Positions 62,930-64,000 of a stretch of 64,000 nucleotides of DNA are shown here, in pieces. How positions within the stretch are numbered: the first letter of the stretch is position 1; each line of letters begins with the position of its first letter. The position numbers and the translations under genes are program-made. Source of the stretch: Octopus bimaculoides (lineage: Eukaryota); NCBI RefSeq assembly GCF_001194135.2, contig NC_068987.1, positions 72,456,466 to 72,520,465 on the forward strand. The letters are read 5' to 3'. The notes beneath the pieces are model-generated. The model did not search any database. It worked only from the letters and a program-made list of their open reading frames with translations, and had not been told where the DNA came from.

Positions 62930-63540
62930 TTTACCCAATGGCATTCAAACATGAAATATATTCTTCACCAATAAAAGTTTTTTGTTGACACAGACTACCA
63001 GTAATTTCCCTGAATTGTGTTTTAACATTTACTTTCATTTGTTTCCATTCAGAGTTCAAATTTTGCCAGAGATGACTGTCTTTCGTATCTTTAGGGGCAA
63101 TTCGCTTGATTGCCATATACCACTGTAAGAAATCTTTATGATACTGCCAACCCTACATCAGATTCTTAATCCTTCACCATTTCTTTAACCTGCTTCCCTC
63201 ACTTGAATATATCACCACTCTCCTCCATTAGCTGAATTCATCTTTCCTCGAAATTGTTTCTTAACCAGCAAGTTCTGTAAGTAAACTACCAGGTACAAAA
63301 ATAGGTCCTAATTACATTAAACTCTTTATGAACTTTACTGAAGCTAGATATTTGTCCAATTCTCAAGCCACTGTAGGTATGTACAGTAATTACATCAACT
63401 GCATGGTTGTAACCTCCCTTCCTGGGGTTGAATTCACTGCTTATATTTTTAATAGCAACGCTCTCCATCCAGTGTAGGAATTTACCCTTTACTCTGTCAG
63501 ACATTCCTGTCTGTTTTCTCAACATCGCCATCACTCTTGA
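62930..63540 (-). mobile_element. possible decayed L1/Tx1-type LINE endonuclease region
   Basis: Two adjacent minus-strand ORF remnants with weak APE-like wording (AMLRKQ...; HTYSGLRIGQISSF); no diagnostic motif is certain. Confidence 0.3.
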
Positions 63541-64000
63541 TGGCCCACCACATTATAAAGCTGAAACCATTAACATCATCATCATCATTTAACGTCCGTT
63601 TTTCATGCTAGCATGGGTTGGATGATTTGACTGGGGACTGGCGAACCAGATGGCTACACCAGACTCCAATCTGATCCGGCAGAGTTTCTACAGCTGGATG
63701 CCCTTCCTAATGCCAACCACTCTGAGAGTGTAGTGGGTGCTTTTTACGTGCCACCGGCACGAGGGCCAGTCCAGTGGTACTGGCATCGGCCACGCTCAAA
63801 TGGTGTTTTTTACGTGTCACCTGCACAGGAGCCAGTCCAATGTTTCATCCACATGCCAGTAAGGCGAAGCTGGAAATGATCGCGCTCAAATGGTGCTTTT
63901 TACGTGCCACTGGCATGGAAGGAAGGCTACTGCTCTGGCAGTGATCCCGCTCAAACAGTGGAGTGCTAACAGCACCATCTGAACGGGATCACTGCCAGAA

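Overview
AT-rich, repeat-dense eukaryotic genomic DNA from a gapped draft assembly, with N-gaps mostly flanked by (AT)n. The SINE and microsatellite content looks like an octopod cephalopod, probably Octopus (inference). The main gene is a complete 14-coding-exon ALG6 (dolichyl-PP-Man9GlcNAc2 alpha-1,3-glucosyltransferase) on the + strand, 28140..61560, giving 1572 nt of CDS and 523 aa when spliced by hand. Its intron 6 (48943..53486) has a minor-spliceosome (U12) 5' site and branch point but appears to end in AT, making it a non-canonical GT-AT intron. A second, unidentified gene begins on the - strand with a 409-nt first coding exon (11954..12362). The rest is transposon-derived: a TSD-flanked non-autonomous LTR element with an unusually long tRNA-Trp-complementary primer site plus related solo and inverted LTRs; an internally deleted hAT element with an 8-bp TSD; several Penelope-like, R4/NeSL-type and RTE LINE fragments; at least four SINE-like families; and several MITEs or long palindromes. 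No rRNA, genuine tRNA gene or CRISPR array was found. All coordinates, alignments and counts were done by eye.
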